Below, piece after piece: positions 1 through 15,470 of a stretch of 64,000 nucleotides of DNA (position 1 is its first letter; each line of letters begins with the position of its first letter). The notes under the pieces were generated by a model. It made no database searches, was not told where the DNA came from, and was given only the letters and a program-made list of their open reading frames with translations. This stretch comes from Eledone cirrhosa (lineage: Eukaryota): NCBI GenBank assembly GCA_964016885.1, contig OZ024747.1, positions 67,146,001 through 67,210,000 on the forward strand. The letters are read 5' to 3'. Position numbers and translations under genes: made by a program.

Positions 1-1090
1 CTTCTTTTCTTTATGATTGAATGTAACCTCTTCTTCCTTTTATGATCTGCAGCTATTTTCACCATCCAGTCATCTGTAATTCTAAGGCTTTGTTCGATTC
101 TAATGGTTGATATTTTGCATGACACCTCAGGCTGGACCATTCCTCTATCTCCGTTTTGTCTAGGATGATGTAATTTATTACAGGTCAGATGTATGATATT
201 GAAACTATATGTGGCAACTGGAACTGCAAGCACATTTATGGAAGATATTTCTCTCTTTTATGCTGGCATGGTGGATACCTTGGACTTCATTGACACATGC
301 ATATCTATAGGTTTGTCCCTGTTCTAGTTCCCTAATTATTGTACTTACATATATTTCCATTGAGTTTGTGTTTGTCATTCTACCTTTCTTGAATGTTGCT
401 ATGTCGCATTTTTCCACTCCAAGCCCAATTCTTACATCATCGCCGAACACCTTAACTGTCTCCAACAGTTCTTCCAATGTGCTCTCAGTTTTGGCATGCA
501 GTTTCAAGTCATCCATATAAAACAGATGATTTATGGTTTTGTTGTCTAATTATTTTGTTGGCTGCCAGCGACAACGGTGTGAGTGCAATGCAAAACACCA
601 CAGGAGAAAACGAATCACTTTGTAAAATACCACAGTGTTGGAATTTATAGATCCATTACTGTGTGACAGTGATAGATTTGCATTCCATGAAAATATATTG
701 TATTTCAGGAAGTTTGATACTACTGGAGAAATTTTCAAAACATACAAAGTTTTCAAAGTCCATGCGTATGGAACAGTATAAAATACTTTCTTATAGTCAA
801 TCCAAGCTATACTCAAAGTTCTGTGCTTGTTATGGCAGTTATCCAGAATCATACGGTTAATGAAAAGTTGATCTTTGCAAATGTAAGACACACAGCAACA
901 TTTCTACTCAATAGGGAAAATATGATTTTAATCCATAAATTTGTAGGTTGTATCAGCTAAGATCGAGTTGAGAATTGTATATGCTGTGGGAAGGCAAGTG
1001 ATAGCACGACAATTGTTTGGAATATGTTTTCTGTAGAGAGATATGTTATACCTTGTGAAAATCGATCAGGAGTTTTCTCATGGTTCTGCA
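1..1090 (-). pseudogene. Decayed R4/Dong-like non-LTR retrotransposon RT fragment
   Basis: Minus-strand pieces CKDQLFINRMI..LSIAWIDYKKVFYTVP and MDDLKL..LGVEKC parallel the RT of the 21981 element (VWLDYQKAFDSVP, FFVDDLKLY, FGESKC); broken by stops and frameshifts. Confidence 0.75.
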
Positions 1091-1113
1091 AAATTTCGTG
1101 AGAACATTTATAA

Positions 1114-1196
<83 letters not shown>

Positions 1197-1199
<3 letters not shown>

Positions 1200-1372
1200 A
1201 AGTGTGGTAAGGAACCAGATGGACCATAACGTACCAGAGTACTCTACTCATTACTTAAGGTAGTAGAGTGGGTAATAGGAAAATGTGTAACCCCGACGGC
1301 AGAGCTCAAGCCAAGTCCAGAAATAGCCGTCGAAACGGCTTGAGCTCTGCCGTCGGGGTTAAACATTTTCCT
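1197..1372. mobile_element. Short fold-back PLE-terminus-like insert in (TA)n
   Basis: Inverted arms ccccgacggcagagctcaagcc / ggcttgagctctgccgtcgggg; contains GAAA-CGGC..GCCG-TC (3' half of a hammerhead); homologous to about 4670-4790, 6913-7057, 19207-19328 and 30368-30500. Confidence 0.6.
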
Positions 1373-1389
1373 ATATATATATATATATA

Positions 1390-2295
<906 letters not shown>

Positions 2296-2720
2296 TCAAT
2301 TTCATATATATATATATATACAAAATGTAAACGGAAACAACAAAGCAAACGTCAATACAATGAAGAAGGACATTAGTTTAACGCTTGATGTAGTAGGAAA
2401 GGAGTCTTTAAGGCACTAGTCTTTCATCAGATGAAATAGAAAGACAGAGAGTAAGAAGAGAATGGAAAATAATTTGTTTAAGAAAAAGCACGTGTGTATC
2501 ATCCAGCTATATTATATAGTGAAAAAATGGGTGTCTGTATGTTCGTTGATTTACAAAGCACTGGAAAATCTGAAATTCAAAAATAGTCCACCACAATTCA
2601 GATACTATAGTAATAGTTGATAGGGATGTGTAGCAGTTGAATAAACTGAGAAATGTATCCTCGGGGAGGAGAAAAAGGTGAAAAGAGATGTTACTTATCT
2701 AATCGGCCATGGGGGGATAA

Positions 2721-2894
2721 TTGTTTCTACTTTTGGCACAAGGCCAGCAATTATCACAGTGCATTACTGGTGCTTTATTTTATTGACCCCGTAAGGATGA
2801 AAGGCAAAGTTAACCTCGGCGGGATTTGAACTCAAACCATAAAGGGCCATAAAGCATGGCGTCCGACCCTCGACCGATACTGCCAATCCAACGC
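2721..2894 (-). mobile_element. tRNA-derived SINE with target-site duplication
   Basis: A-box-like tggcagtatcggt, B-box-like gagttcaaatccc, body gcctttcatcc..ggggtc(g/a)ataaaataaag; flanked by ccatggggg(g/a)ataat at about 2707 and 2895. Confidence 0.8.
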
Positions 2895-3094
2895 CCATGG
2901 GGGAATAATACGCAAATTTTAAGTTATTAATTCCAGTTCACAACATAACCAAATCTACCGATAAGGTATTGTGTATGCTGCTCTACAGATTGTTTTATCT
3001 TCCCTTCCTCTCTGTACGTCCACATACTGATAAAGATAATGGTAGGGTTTGGTCAGGCTGGTAATATGACTGATTATGATTAAAAATGATAATA

Positions 3095-4590
3095 GTTTCC
3101 AATTTAGGCACAGGGTCAGCATTATTCAGGAGGGCGTCGATGTAATGTACTTTATTGACACTGGAATGATGAAAGACAGAGTTGACCTAGGCAGAGTTTG
3201 AACTGAGAAAATAAAGACTCAGAAAACATATTGCTAAGCAATAATGACTCCGCCAAACCATCACCCTCAATATCATCATCATCATTATCGCTATTACCGC
3301 CATCATGACGAAGTGTTTTTTTTTTCAGCGAAAGCCATCACCGCTACAGGCACCCAGCACCAGTACCAGCATCAGGGAACCAACAGTAGAAGCAGCAACA
3401 GTGGCATCATAACCTCCACCACTACCACCACCACCATCATTGCCATCATCACAATCATCATAATCGCCATCATCACCAGTATTATCATCGTTGTTTGTGT
3501 TAGTATTATTTTTCTCTCTCACGTGTAAAATAAATGCATCTTATCGTAATTTACATATAATTTTCAAGAATAGAATATAATAATGAGGTGAAAATATAGA
3601 ATATTGAAAAAGAAACCGCACCACCCAACTCTACAACAAACAACAACATTCCAAAAAATAAAGCGAACGTCAAAACGACAAAATAAACTAAGCAAGAATC
3701 AAAACGGCAACAAAAAATATTCCCCGTTCATCTCCTGAACCATCACCGTTGCTTTCGAAACGCATTGTCAAATAATACAGGACAAAAGGACCCAATAAAT
3801 ATGTTATAAATAAGCCAAGTATGTGGAAGGTAATTTAAATGGTGTTATGCTAAGTATAGGAATATATTAAAGATTGAAATGGGAAAAAATACATTTAAGA
3901 TTCTAAAAGAAACCTTTTAGCTATGTACAGCTGTTGTTGACATTGTTTACCCAATTTCTCGAAGGCGATGGATTAGTAGAATTGTTAGTGCGTTTAAGAA
4001 AATGCGTTGAGGTATTTATATATGAACCGATTCTTCACGTTCTGAGTTCAAATTCCTGCAAGAGTGACGATGTTTTTTCCTTTTTCAAGTGTCAAAGAAA
4101 TAAGTTATTTAAAAGAAAGCTTTTAGCTATGTACAGCTGTTGCGAAACACCCCGAAAGTGATGATTTGACAGAATCTTTAAAGTGTGGCTGCTCTCCGCC
4201 CCCAAATGCTTTGAAGTATTTATCTTACGGCTTAGAACTTTACGTTCTGAGTTCAAAACCTAGGTGATTCTCCTTTTCCTCTTTCCGAGGGCAGGACAAT
4301 AAAATAAAGTATGTGCCATGTACTAGGGTCAATTTTCTCTACTTGATCCTTTCCCCCAATTTCTGGCATCGTGCCTGTGTCAGAAATTGTTATTTAACGA
4401 AAGACTAAAGAACCATTTGAGTATCGAACAAAATACCTTGTGGTATTTAGTTACTGCTCGGCTCTTTATGTTCTAAGATAAAATCTCGCTGAATTCAAGT
4501 TTACCCTTCGTTCATCCGAGGTTTGATGAAATAAAGTCCCAGTGAAATACCGGCGTCGATCCAGTGACTTTGTGCTTGCTTAAGAAAGTT
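3095..4590. mobile_element. Cluster of about 4 degenerate copies of the same SINE family
   Basis: Recurrent ctgagttcaaa / tttcatcc / ataaaataaagta motifs at about 3095-3240 (-), 3962-4090, 4215-4390 and 4405-4585 (+). Confidence 0.55.
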
Positions 4591-4798
4591 TCTGTATAGC
4601 CTAACTTCGTATATATATATCGATAAGAATTTTACCAGTTTAAAACTGGTAAAATCATTATTCAGCAGAGTACTCGATACTTAGGATAGTAGAGTGTGTC
4701 TGTACTAGAAAGAGTCAGGGCCCTACGGTTGAGCTGTTGCTGTTTCGACACCTAATTCTACAGCTCAGCCGTCGGGCCCCGACTCTTATATATATATG

Positions 4799-4864
<66 letters not shown>

Positions 4865-4865
<1 letters not shown>

Positions 4866-5880
4866 GGAGATCTGAGGGTGGAAGAGGTCTTATCAGCATA
4901 GAGGACTGTGTTCAGATGGAGAAAAACAACCTATACAAATACGTGACCTATAGAAAGGAGCCAATGCTCAGAACTGTACTGAAGGAGGGGACAGTAGGCC
5001 AGGGGATGTCCAAGGAGGAAATAACATCAAGGAGGAAGAGCAGCCTTAAGGGAAAATCCCTTCATAGTACCTTCTTTGAGAAAACTGAATTTAGAGATCC
5101 ACAGACATGGAACTGGTTGAGAAGAGGAGACCTCAAAAAGGCTACAGAAGGAATGCTAATGGCTGCGCAGGAGCAGGCCCTCAAAACGAAGTGGTTGAAG
5201 CACCATATTTACAAGGAGGAGGCTAGCCCACTGTGCAGGATCTGTGGAGAGAGAGAGGAGACTGTGGCTCACATTGTGTCCGAGTGTAAACACCTAGCCC
5301 AGACCCACTATAAGGGCTGGAGACACGATGTGATGGGCAGGGTGATCCACTGGCACCTGTGCAAAGTAAACAATTTACCACATTCTGAAAAATGGTATGA
5401 GCATAGGCCAGAGGCGGTGATGGAGAACAATCAGGTGAAGGTGCTGTGGGATTTTAGGATACAGACGGACAAAAAACTGGAACACAATAGACCTGACCTG
5501 GTGGTTGTGGACAAAGAAAAAAGATCGTGTCTGATTGTGGATGTGGCCTGCCCGTTCGACACGAGAGTGCAAGAGAAGGAGAGGGAGAAAATTAACCGAT
5601 ACCAGGACCTAAAGTGGGAGGTGAAAAGGATTTGGAACTGCCATGAAGTCAAAGTGATCCCGATTGTCATAGGCGCACTGAGGACTATCTCCAAAAGTTT
5701 CCAGGGATGGTTAAAGAAAATCGGCCCCTTCACGCTTTTTGGAACGCTTCAAAAGGCATGCTTGCTTGGAACAGCAAGAACCCTCCGATACGTCCTGAAC
5801 ATCTGAGGCTGCAGGTAGTGGCTTGATATTCAATCCAACGGACTTTCCAGTTAACCAACATCAATGACTGAGATTCAAGG
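4865..5880 (+). mobile_element. 5'-truncated R4/Dong-clade LINE (zinc knuckle + restriction-like endonuclease) in a (TAA)n tract
   Basis: Open frame to TGA at 5806 with GGRGL, CRIC..ETVAHIVSEC (CCHC), WRHD, HNRPDLVVVD..IVDVACP (PD-D/E motif) and IPIVIGA; (TAA)n on both sides. The poly-Ile start of the track ORF is the microsatellite. Confidence 0.9.
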
Positions 5881-5911
5881 AATAACAACAATAATAATAA
5901 TAATAATAATA

Positions 5912-6032
5912 ATGGTTTCTGATTTGGGCACAAGGCCAGCAATTTTGGGGGAAGGGCAAAGTCGGTTAAATCAACCCCAGTACATTACTGGTGCTTTATT
6001 TTTCGACCCCATAAGGATGAAAGACAAAGTTA
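5912..6032 (-). mobile_element. 3' part of the tRNA-SINE family
   Basis: Matches 2721-2815 (ggcacaaggccagcaatt...cattactggtgctttattt..gaccc..taaggatgaaag). Confidence 0.75.
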
Positions 6033-6810
6033 AATAATAATATTCATAATGGGTATTGTCTTGTAGTAGAGATAATATAGCATTTTTGTATTGTTCAATA
6101 TCTATAATGAATACAGCACTTAGCTTTTTTAACTACGATGTTATTCTTTTTGAGTTGATAGATAATTTCCCATTCTTTTCCATTGGTGTTGGGTTTGCAT
6201 TTAGGGTGTCGTTGTTCATTGTACATTTGTTGGTTTGTAGATACTTTAATTTCGTACAATGATTTCCTTGTCAAATAATTCTTCTGCTAGGCGTACTTTT
6301 GCAGGGAAGTGCTGTCTTTGATCTAGTCCTCCTCCTCGCTCCCTCTGAGGCTAAATTTGTCTTTCATCATTTCGAGGACGAGAAAAATTGTATCAGCCCA
6401 TTACTGAGATCTATTTTAGAGATGAGTATTTTCAGAATCCTTAATACTATGAAAGAAATACTTTGCAGTGTTTTGTTACGGTCCACTACGGTCTGAGTTC
6501 AAATCCCACAACGGTTAACATTGACTATCATCCATTTGAGTGAGATAAAATAAAGTACCAATCAAAATATAATGATGCACATGGTTGTTATCAAAACAAA
6601 ATGTATTAATTAGTATGGTATGAACCTCATGTATGGTATGGGTTATCTCTTGTATGTATTATTCTTGAAACTTATAACAATATCTATATTCCTTAAGATA
6701 TGTAGAGCGACGGACAGATACCTCGTATATATTGTGATATGATCCACCCATATACATTGAAACATGTAAAATTAAAATTATGTATTAATTATAACTTGTT
6801 TATTCTCTCT

Positions 6811-7057
<247 letters not shown>

Positions 7058-7546
7058 TATATATATATATACATTTATATATGTGTGTGTGAATGAGGTG
7101 TGTGCGTGTGTGTGTGTGGGATATATTTGTGTGTGTGTTGATACGAATTCTCAGCAGTGTATAATAGTTAAAAGTTACTCTATTAAATATTATGACATAT
7201 ACCTGCATTTCATGCACGTATCTATGGATATATATCAGAATTTATCTCTATGCTTATGGCATGTAGAAATACTGACCTACGCCTGCTTTTAATGTATTTA
7301 TCTATGTATGTATCGATAGATATATCTCTTTGTATATTCATGTCATAATGTCAATTTTCATGAGAATAAAAAATGTCAATGTGTTATACATAGTGACGTA
7401 TACCGATATTTTATGCATATGTCTATCTTTATATCTAAATGCTCATATGAGTTCTCACCAGGGAAAACACACCTGCTACACTACGTTTCCCTAATTAATG
7501 TATATAACTACACGTTCTCCGTTCCTCTTGTTCACACGCTCTGTAG

Positions 7547-7581
<35 letters not shown>

Positions 7582-7631
7582 ATACTTATATATTGTTAGA
7601 TAGATATACCCCCCCACGGACATACACGGAC

Positions 7632-7750
<119 letters not shown>

Positions 7751-7764
7751 TGTATGTATGTATG

Positions 7765-8829
<1,065 letters not shown>

Positions 8830-8832
<3 letters not shown>

Positions 8833-10800
8833 TTACCTCGACGTTACCCTCAATTTATTGAATGGGTTGTATTACCCGTATAGAAAGCCGAATGATACGC
8901 TTAATTACATAAGTAAGCATTCCAACCATCCTGCCAGCATAACCAAGAACCTGGTAAGAAACGTTTCGTTGAGGCTTTCCCGTCTTTCCACCAACGAGCG
9001 CATTTTCAACGACCATTCCACTTATTACAATGAAGCTCTTGCTCGAAGTGGATTTGTCGATAAGGTAGCATATACAGAGTATGAAAATAGACCTAGAAGA
9101 AATAGATCCCGTCGCATTTGTTGGTTTAACCCACCATATAATATGGAGGTGGCCACACCATTAGCTAAGATCTTTCTTTCCCTTATTACGAAGCATTTTC
9201 CCCCTACACATAAATATAGTAAAATTTTTAATAGAAATACTATTAAAATTTCTTACTCTACGACTCCTAACCTTGCACATAACATCACAGCTTCAAATTT
9301 AGCTAAACTACCTAGCCGTAGGAACACGTGCAACCCTGTAGTTAGTACAAACTGTAATTGTAGGAATCGGGCTGATTGCCCCCTATCCGGGAAATGCCTC
9401 TCTAGTAACATTGTCTACAAATGTAAGGTTGTAACACCCACGTCCCGTAGGGCCTACATAGGGTTAACCGCCAATAGTTTCAAGCAGCGTCTTTACATGC
9501 ATACCCATTCTTTTCGTTACCCTCTAAGAAGGAATATGACGTCACTTTCAGCTTATATCTGGAGTCTAAAAGACAACCACACCCAATATAAGTTACACTG
9601 GGAGATCCTAGCTAGGGCTAGATCGTATAACGGAAATAAAAGACCATGTGACCTCTGCGCCGCTGAGGCCCTGGAAATACTCTACGCCACAGACCACATC
9701 TTAAACAAAAAATCTGAGGCAATTTCGGCTTGTAAACATAAATTGCACAAAACTTTCCTGTATTACAGCCCCACGTTATGCCCTAACGGATAGTACGATC
9801 TATACGTGGATATTTTACATCTTGATGTGGGAGCTAAGTATATGTTTTGTTTATTCCTTTACTTATTTGCATAGGTAAGTATATATTACCCATATGTTTT
9901 GTGAAGGTATGTATACCTTCTCGTACGTATATTTGACTGTTATGGCGTATCATTTTTACATATTCTGGTATTTAGGGTTTGGCTATGTGTATACGGGAGT
10001 TTTGCGTCCGAGTGAGTATGCAGGTTCGTACGTATGGTGGGTGTGTGTATATGTGTACTTCTTGTTTTAGTTGACTTACGTCTCCGAACATTCGTGTATT
10101 TATATGTAGGAATGTGTGTGCGCTTGTTATATACGTATTCATTTACTTATATACGTTTATATAATTATTTATTTATTTGTACACAAGCATACACACACAC
10201 ACACATATTTATATGTGCGTGGTTTTGTATACCTATGGTAAGGTTTTGCGTATGCTTGTGTATGTACGTATCTGTTTGCGTGTATGTATTTATTTGTTTC
10301 TATTACTTCTGTATTGTATTTATTTACTTTGTTCTTAACTCTGTAGCGGAGATTCATTTGGTCTCCTAGTTAGAATCTTAGTCTACGACTTCTGCTATAC
10401 CATTTACGTGGTTTTGTCTTTGCGTGCTTTTGTTCTCCACGCTCCACATATGACTTATTATCTTCGTTTTTTCGTTCATTGCCAGAGAACGTCTCTATGC
10501 ACCACCTAAGAGAACATTAGTCTACGACCTCTTTTATACCATAAACGTGGTTCTGTCTTTGCGCGTAATTGTTTTTCACCGCTCCTATTAATGACGTATC
10601 TTTTTCGTTTTTTCCCGTTCTTTGCCAGCGAACGTTACCACGAACCAAAGTATCGTCTTCCTGTCTTCCTCCGGTTGCAACGTTTTTTGAAATATCCAGT
10701 TCTGCGTTTACAGATTGACTTTGTTAGTTTCAGAAGATCCCGTTAAGGGTGAAAGCAGCGATTCTTTGCTTAAACTTTAATCTGTTATTTTAATAAATAT
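8830..10800 (+). mobile_element. 5'-truncated Penelope-like element (family B): RT thumb, Cys-rich linker, GIY-YIG, 3' UTR
   Basis: NYLDVTLNL..YRKPNDTLNYISKHSNHP, WFNPPY, CNCRNRADCPLSGKC, IVYKC..AYIGLT..FKQRLYMH, CDLC..E; stop at 9793; about 140-bp tandem duplication in the 3' UTR (10378-10640); ends at (TA)n. Confidence 0.9.
10726..10776 (+). ncRNA. Degenerate or variant type-I hammerhead at the 3' end of PLE family B
   Basis: agttt CAGAAGA tccc gttaa gggt GAAA gcag..ttgc TT aaact; stems I-III pair, core U4 is A. Confidence 0.55.
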
Positions 10801-10810
10801 ATATATATAT

Positions 10811-12307
10811 ATTGTTATACTTTGGGAGGGTCATGTTGCCAATAAGAAACACACGCACCAGTTGCTTTCACTTCAATTTATTATATATTTATAAATTTAT
10901 AAATTTACAAATTTACAAACTTATAAATTTCTGGTTGGTTGGTTGGTTCCACAACCAGATAGTTGTTTATATATAGTCATAGTCCTTTCGTCACACACTC
11001 TGTGACCTCTTCAGTGACTGGGGATTCCTTTCTTCGTTTCTGTGCCTTTCCTTTCTTCTATCCTACGCCATTTTGTTTCTGTGTGTGTGTTGTGTGCTCA
11101 GTTTGCGCATGCGCCACATCCGGGTGTCTGTGTGTGTTTGTGTTCATTTTTCTATTTGTTTATTTATTTATTTATTTATTTATTGTTGGTTGGTTGTTTG
11201 TTCTATGTGTGTGTGTTTTCATTTTGTCCTTAATTGTAAGTTGTGATGCTGCTGTTCCACTCATATTTTCTATTTAATTTTGGTTTTAATTCTTTTATGC
11301 TTACTGCCTCTGTAATTTGCCTAAACATTGCGTCTTTTCTGTGTGCGGATTCTATTTTTATTTCTATGCTCTCTAATCTACCCCTGTGTTCTATCTTAGC
11401 ATGTTGGTAGAGCACAGATGATTCTTTATTATCTTGGAGGTCTCGCCAGTGTTCATTTATTCGTTCCCCTATACTACGAGCTGTCTCACCCATGTACACT
11501 ATATTTTTGTTTCTACATTGTCCTTCAATACATCTTATGCTATACACTACATTTCTAGTTTTACAGTTAATATGGGGGCTTATTTTACAGGTTATACATT
11601 TCTTATCTATACATGAGGGTCTTTGGAACGGGTATGTCTTGCTAATAAGTGTTTTTACGGAGGTACCAGGTCTTTCTACTATCTTAATATTGAGATTATG
11701 TTTATTTAGGGCCCTTCTAAATTTGTAGGCTAGTTCGCCTCTAGGGGTTGTATTGATGAACATTACACTCTGGTATTTATTGCTATCATACCATGAGATT
11801 ATTCTATTGGCCTTGTTCCTAGTTCTTTCTATTCTATTCCAAAATTTGCTCCTATACAAGGGGCAGGTCCCATTTATGTCATTATTTACCATTTTTTCCC
11901 ATTTGGTTCTGGCTCCTTTATACACTCTGATTCTATCTCTCTGATTGTAGCCAGAGAACTGCATACGGTGGATGAAGTGTTGTATGTGTCTCTCTAGTTC
12001 TTCGGGGTTGCACATGCGGGACACATTTCTCATCACCCGTACCAAATCCGCAATCAGTATGTTGATTTTGGTATGGTCCGAAATGGCCGAGTTTCGGTGG
12101 ATCAGATGTTTGGAACCAACCAACCAACCAGAAATTTATAAGTTTGTAAATTTGTAAATTTATAAATTTATAAATATATAATAAATTGAAGTGAAAGCAA
12201 CTGGTGCGTGTGTTTCTTATTGGCAACATGACCCTCCCAAAGTATAACAATATCGGTTTCAACACACGATTTCAGATAAAGAATCTTGCTAAACAAATTC
12301 AGAAACG

Positions 12308-12310
<3 letters not shown>
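10811..12310 (-). mobile_element. 5'-truncated Penelope-like element (family C) with inverted terminal copy
   Basis: ORF 12123-11230 with C..C..C..C and VVYSIRC..VYMGETARSIGERINEH..RQITEAVSI..PKLN (GIY-YIG); 10811-10950 is repeated inverted at 12111-12250; (TA)n on both sides. Confidence 0.9.
10975..11019 (-). ncRNA. Type-I hammerhead ribozyme, canonical core
   Basis: Minus: agtca CTGAAGA g GTCACA gagtg TGTGAC GAAA ggac TA tgact; perfect 5-bp stem I, 6-bp stem II, predicted CUA site; same strand as the PLE ORF. Confidence 0.88.
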
Positions 12311-12352
<42 letters not shown>

Positions 12353-12537
12353 TTTATCCCGGATTCAATCGAGGGTAACCACAGTAAGTAAGGTACTCAA
12401 TACAAAGCAGAGTATAAATATTTAATATAGAAATGGCTTCTACATGACTAGAACTGTTTCATTCAGGAGAAATCATATATTATATATTAATCCTTATCGA
12501 GCCCTATTTGGATTTTAGTCTTCAAATTTATTATTAT

Positions 12538-12607
<70 letters not shown>

Positions 12608-12838
12608 GTGTGTGTGTGTGAATACGTACTGAGACACATTTCCTGATTTCTGGAGAAGAAAAATTACTTTTCCTAATGAACCTATAGCTACAAAGTTCAT
12701 CGTATACATATATGCGCACACACACACTCACGTACACACAAATACACAGACGTATATCTATCTATATATATGCATATATACATTTCTCTCCTTCTGTGTA
12801 TATATATTATATACATATATACATACATATATATACAT

Positions 12839-12914
<76 letters not shown>

Positions 12915-12923
12915 GCGCCACAC

Positions 12924-13023
<100 letters not shown>

Positions 13024-13329
13024 GCATATACACGCGCTCGCACACACCTTTACACAGCCTGTAGATAAAGAATCTTCTATTCAACGAGAACAATAATCAA
13101 ACCTTTTTATTGTGTTTATCGCAACATTTTGCCACCTTCATAGACGTCCTCTTTGAAATATCTCAAATAGATATACAGATATTCTCATTCCGATATTCCC
13201 TCTATAATTCCTTTATTCTTATTCGTTTTTCCTCATTCATTATTCAAAAATTTGACCGTTTGTTCTTTGGCTCTAATCTCCCCAGCATGTTATTGTTGTG
13301 TGAATGTTTGCGTACGTATCTATGTATGC

Positions 13330-13407
<78 letters not shown>

Positions 13408-13779
13408 ACACATATATATATATACACACATATATATAATATATATATATATAAATATATATATGTGTGTATATATATATATATATGTATAAATATATAT
13501 ATATATATGTGTGTGTGTGAGTGAGTGTGTGAGCGTGTGTGTGTGTGTATGTGTGTGTAAAAATACACACCTCTAACTCCAAGTGTCCTTTAGAACACCA
13601 CAGAATAGGTGAAGAAGAGATTAACCAAAAACACATTCGGAAACTAGGAAACGGAAACAGAATTCAATAATTTCATTGGAAAGAGATGAGAAAAGATGAG
13701 AAGAGAGAAAGAAAGAGAGAGAGAAAGAGAGATAGAGTGAGAGACATCTGCGCATGTGTCTATATATATGTATATTTTT

Positions 13780-14730
13780 CAGCTTTCCATAACTCGTGAA
13801 CATGGCTCCGAGATATAAGAACTTTACCATCTGCTTCAGTGTAACACCACTCACAGACCGCAATGTGAAGGCCGAGAGGACGAGTGTCTCACTATTCGCA
13901 ACACTGATTTTAATTCCTACCGTGCAGCTCTCACCAGCAAATCTTTTCAGTTCATGTCGGATATTACCTTACGACGAGTTATATAGTATACCCGTCGGTT
14001 TTGATACCACTTGTAATACGTTTGCATATCTCTATTCAGTTCATGAAGATTATGAACAGGAGAGGTGGTAATACGCACCATTGCACCGTTAGTGGAATCC
14101 GATTACCACATAGAATAGTTTCGACATAGCACCAATTATAGGGACCGCAAGGAACAATAAACTATCCATAGATCCCATGCTCCTGCAGAACCTTTCACGA
14201 CAGGACCGATAGAACTTGGTCGCATGCCTTGTCGAAGTTCACGAAGCAAACATACACATCTTGGGAAAACTCGCTATCGTCAATTTGGTGTTCGTTCCTA
14301 TTCTTGCCTATGGTCATGAATGTTAGGTAATATCCGACAGAATACGATCGCGAATACAAGCTGCCGAAATGGGGTTCCTGTAAAGGGTATTTGAAGTAAT
14401 GTTATTCGATAGGGATTATAGCTCTGAGATTAGAGAATCGCTCCAGGTAGAGCTGCTACTTCTCCGAATCAAGATATCACAGCTCCGGTACAACGGACAT
14501 ATAGTTAACATTTCTAAGGACAGAACCGCTGGACAGATTTTATGGACATAGCCAACCGATAGAGGTAGACTACGAGCAAGAATGTTGGATGACCTCCATG
14601 AGTTCTGTTGGTCTCACTTGGGGATTCAGCCCGATCAATTGGAGATCGTTGCTTCTGATAAGACGCTCTGAAAGACGTGTCGGAAAACTCTGCTCAAACG
14701 GCTCTCCAAGGAATAAGTTGACGAAGAAGA
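13780..14730. pseudogene. Decayed RTE-clade LINE with 5' inversion
   Basis: Minus 13780-14285 carries RT remnants (FVNFDKA, FLYLGAMFTSYGK); plus 14285-14730 carries the downstream part (VPILAYGHEC, RSRIQAAEMGFL, EIRESLQVE..SQLRYNGHI) ending in gacgaagaagac. Confidence 0.7.
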
Positions 14731-14924
14731 CCTCTCTCTCTCTCGCCCCCCCCCCCCCCCTCTCTCTCTTTGGAAACCTATCAGACAGAACTCGTCTCTG
14801 AGGAATAAACATCCACTTACACATTAATTCCATGGAGGCTGTTCCGTTGATCGGATAACTGAAATAGTCATATTCGAAACCGACGGAGATCCATTGTATG
14901 CGGAGTGGTAGTGATTGTCATTAT

Positions 14925-15470
14925 GTGACATGCTGCACCGTTTGCCACGTTTTGTGACACCCGATAAAATCTGAAACGTTGTGTGACATCCAGTAACATC
15001 TACTACTCTGTGGGATACCAGTAATATCTACCGCTTTGTGTGATATCTGGCAATACCTGCTATGTTGAAAGACAGAGTTTCTCAAATTGGGCGCTACTGC
15101 CCCAAGGGATGTTGAGAAGGTCCAGGGGGAGCTGGGGTTATAGATGATATAATAGTATATTAAATATCAAATGATACATATATATAAATGTAGTCAAATA
15201 TATAATATCTATTTATACATAGTACATATATTATTTATTATATACAAATTGACTATTTTATTATATATTATTTACAATTTGCGTGTAGACAGGTCTCTCA
15301 TGGTAGGGGGTGCTGAGTGTATTACGTGGCCGTGAGGGGGGGGGGGGGGGGGGGGGGGGGCAAAAGTTTGAGAACCTTTGTTGTAAGACAACTGGTAGCA
15401 TCTGTCATGTTGTATGACGTCTCGTAACATATGTCACGTCGTGTGCCCTCTTGTAATATCTGCTATGTCT
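14925..15470. repeat. Degenerate ~29-bp minisatellite interrupted by a hAT MITE
   Basis: Units resembling tgtgacatccagtaacatctgccacgttg on both sides of the MITE. Confidence 0.55.
15073..15380. mobile_element. hAT (Charlie-like) MITE
   Basis: Ends cagagtttctcaaa / tttgagaacctttg; 8-bp TSD ttgaaaga (15065-15072) / ttgtaaga (15381-15388) with one mismatch. Confidence 0.8.
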
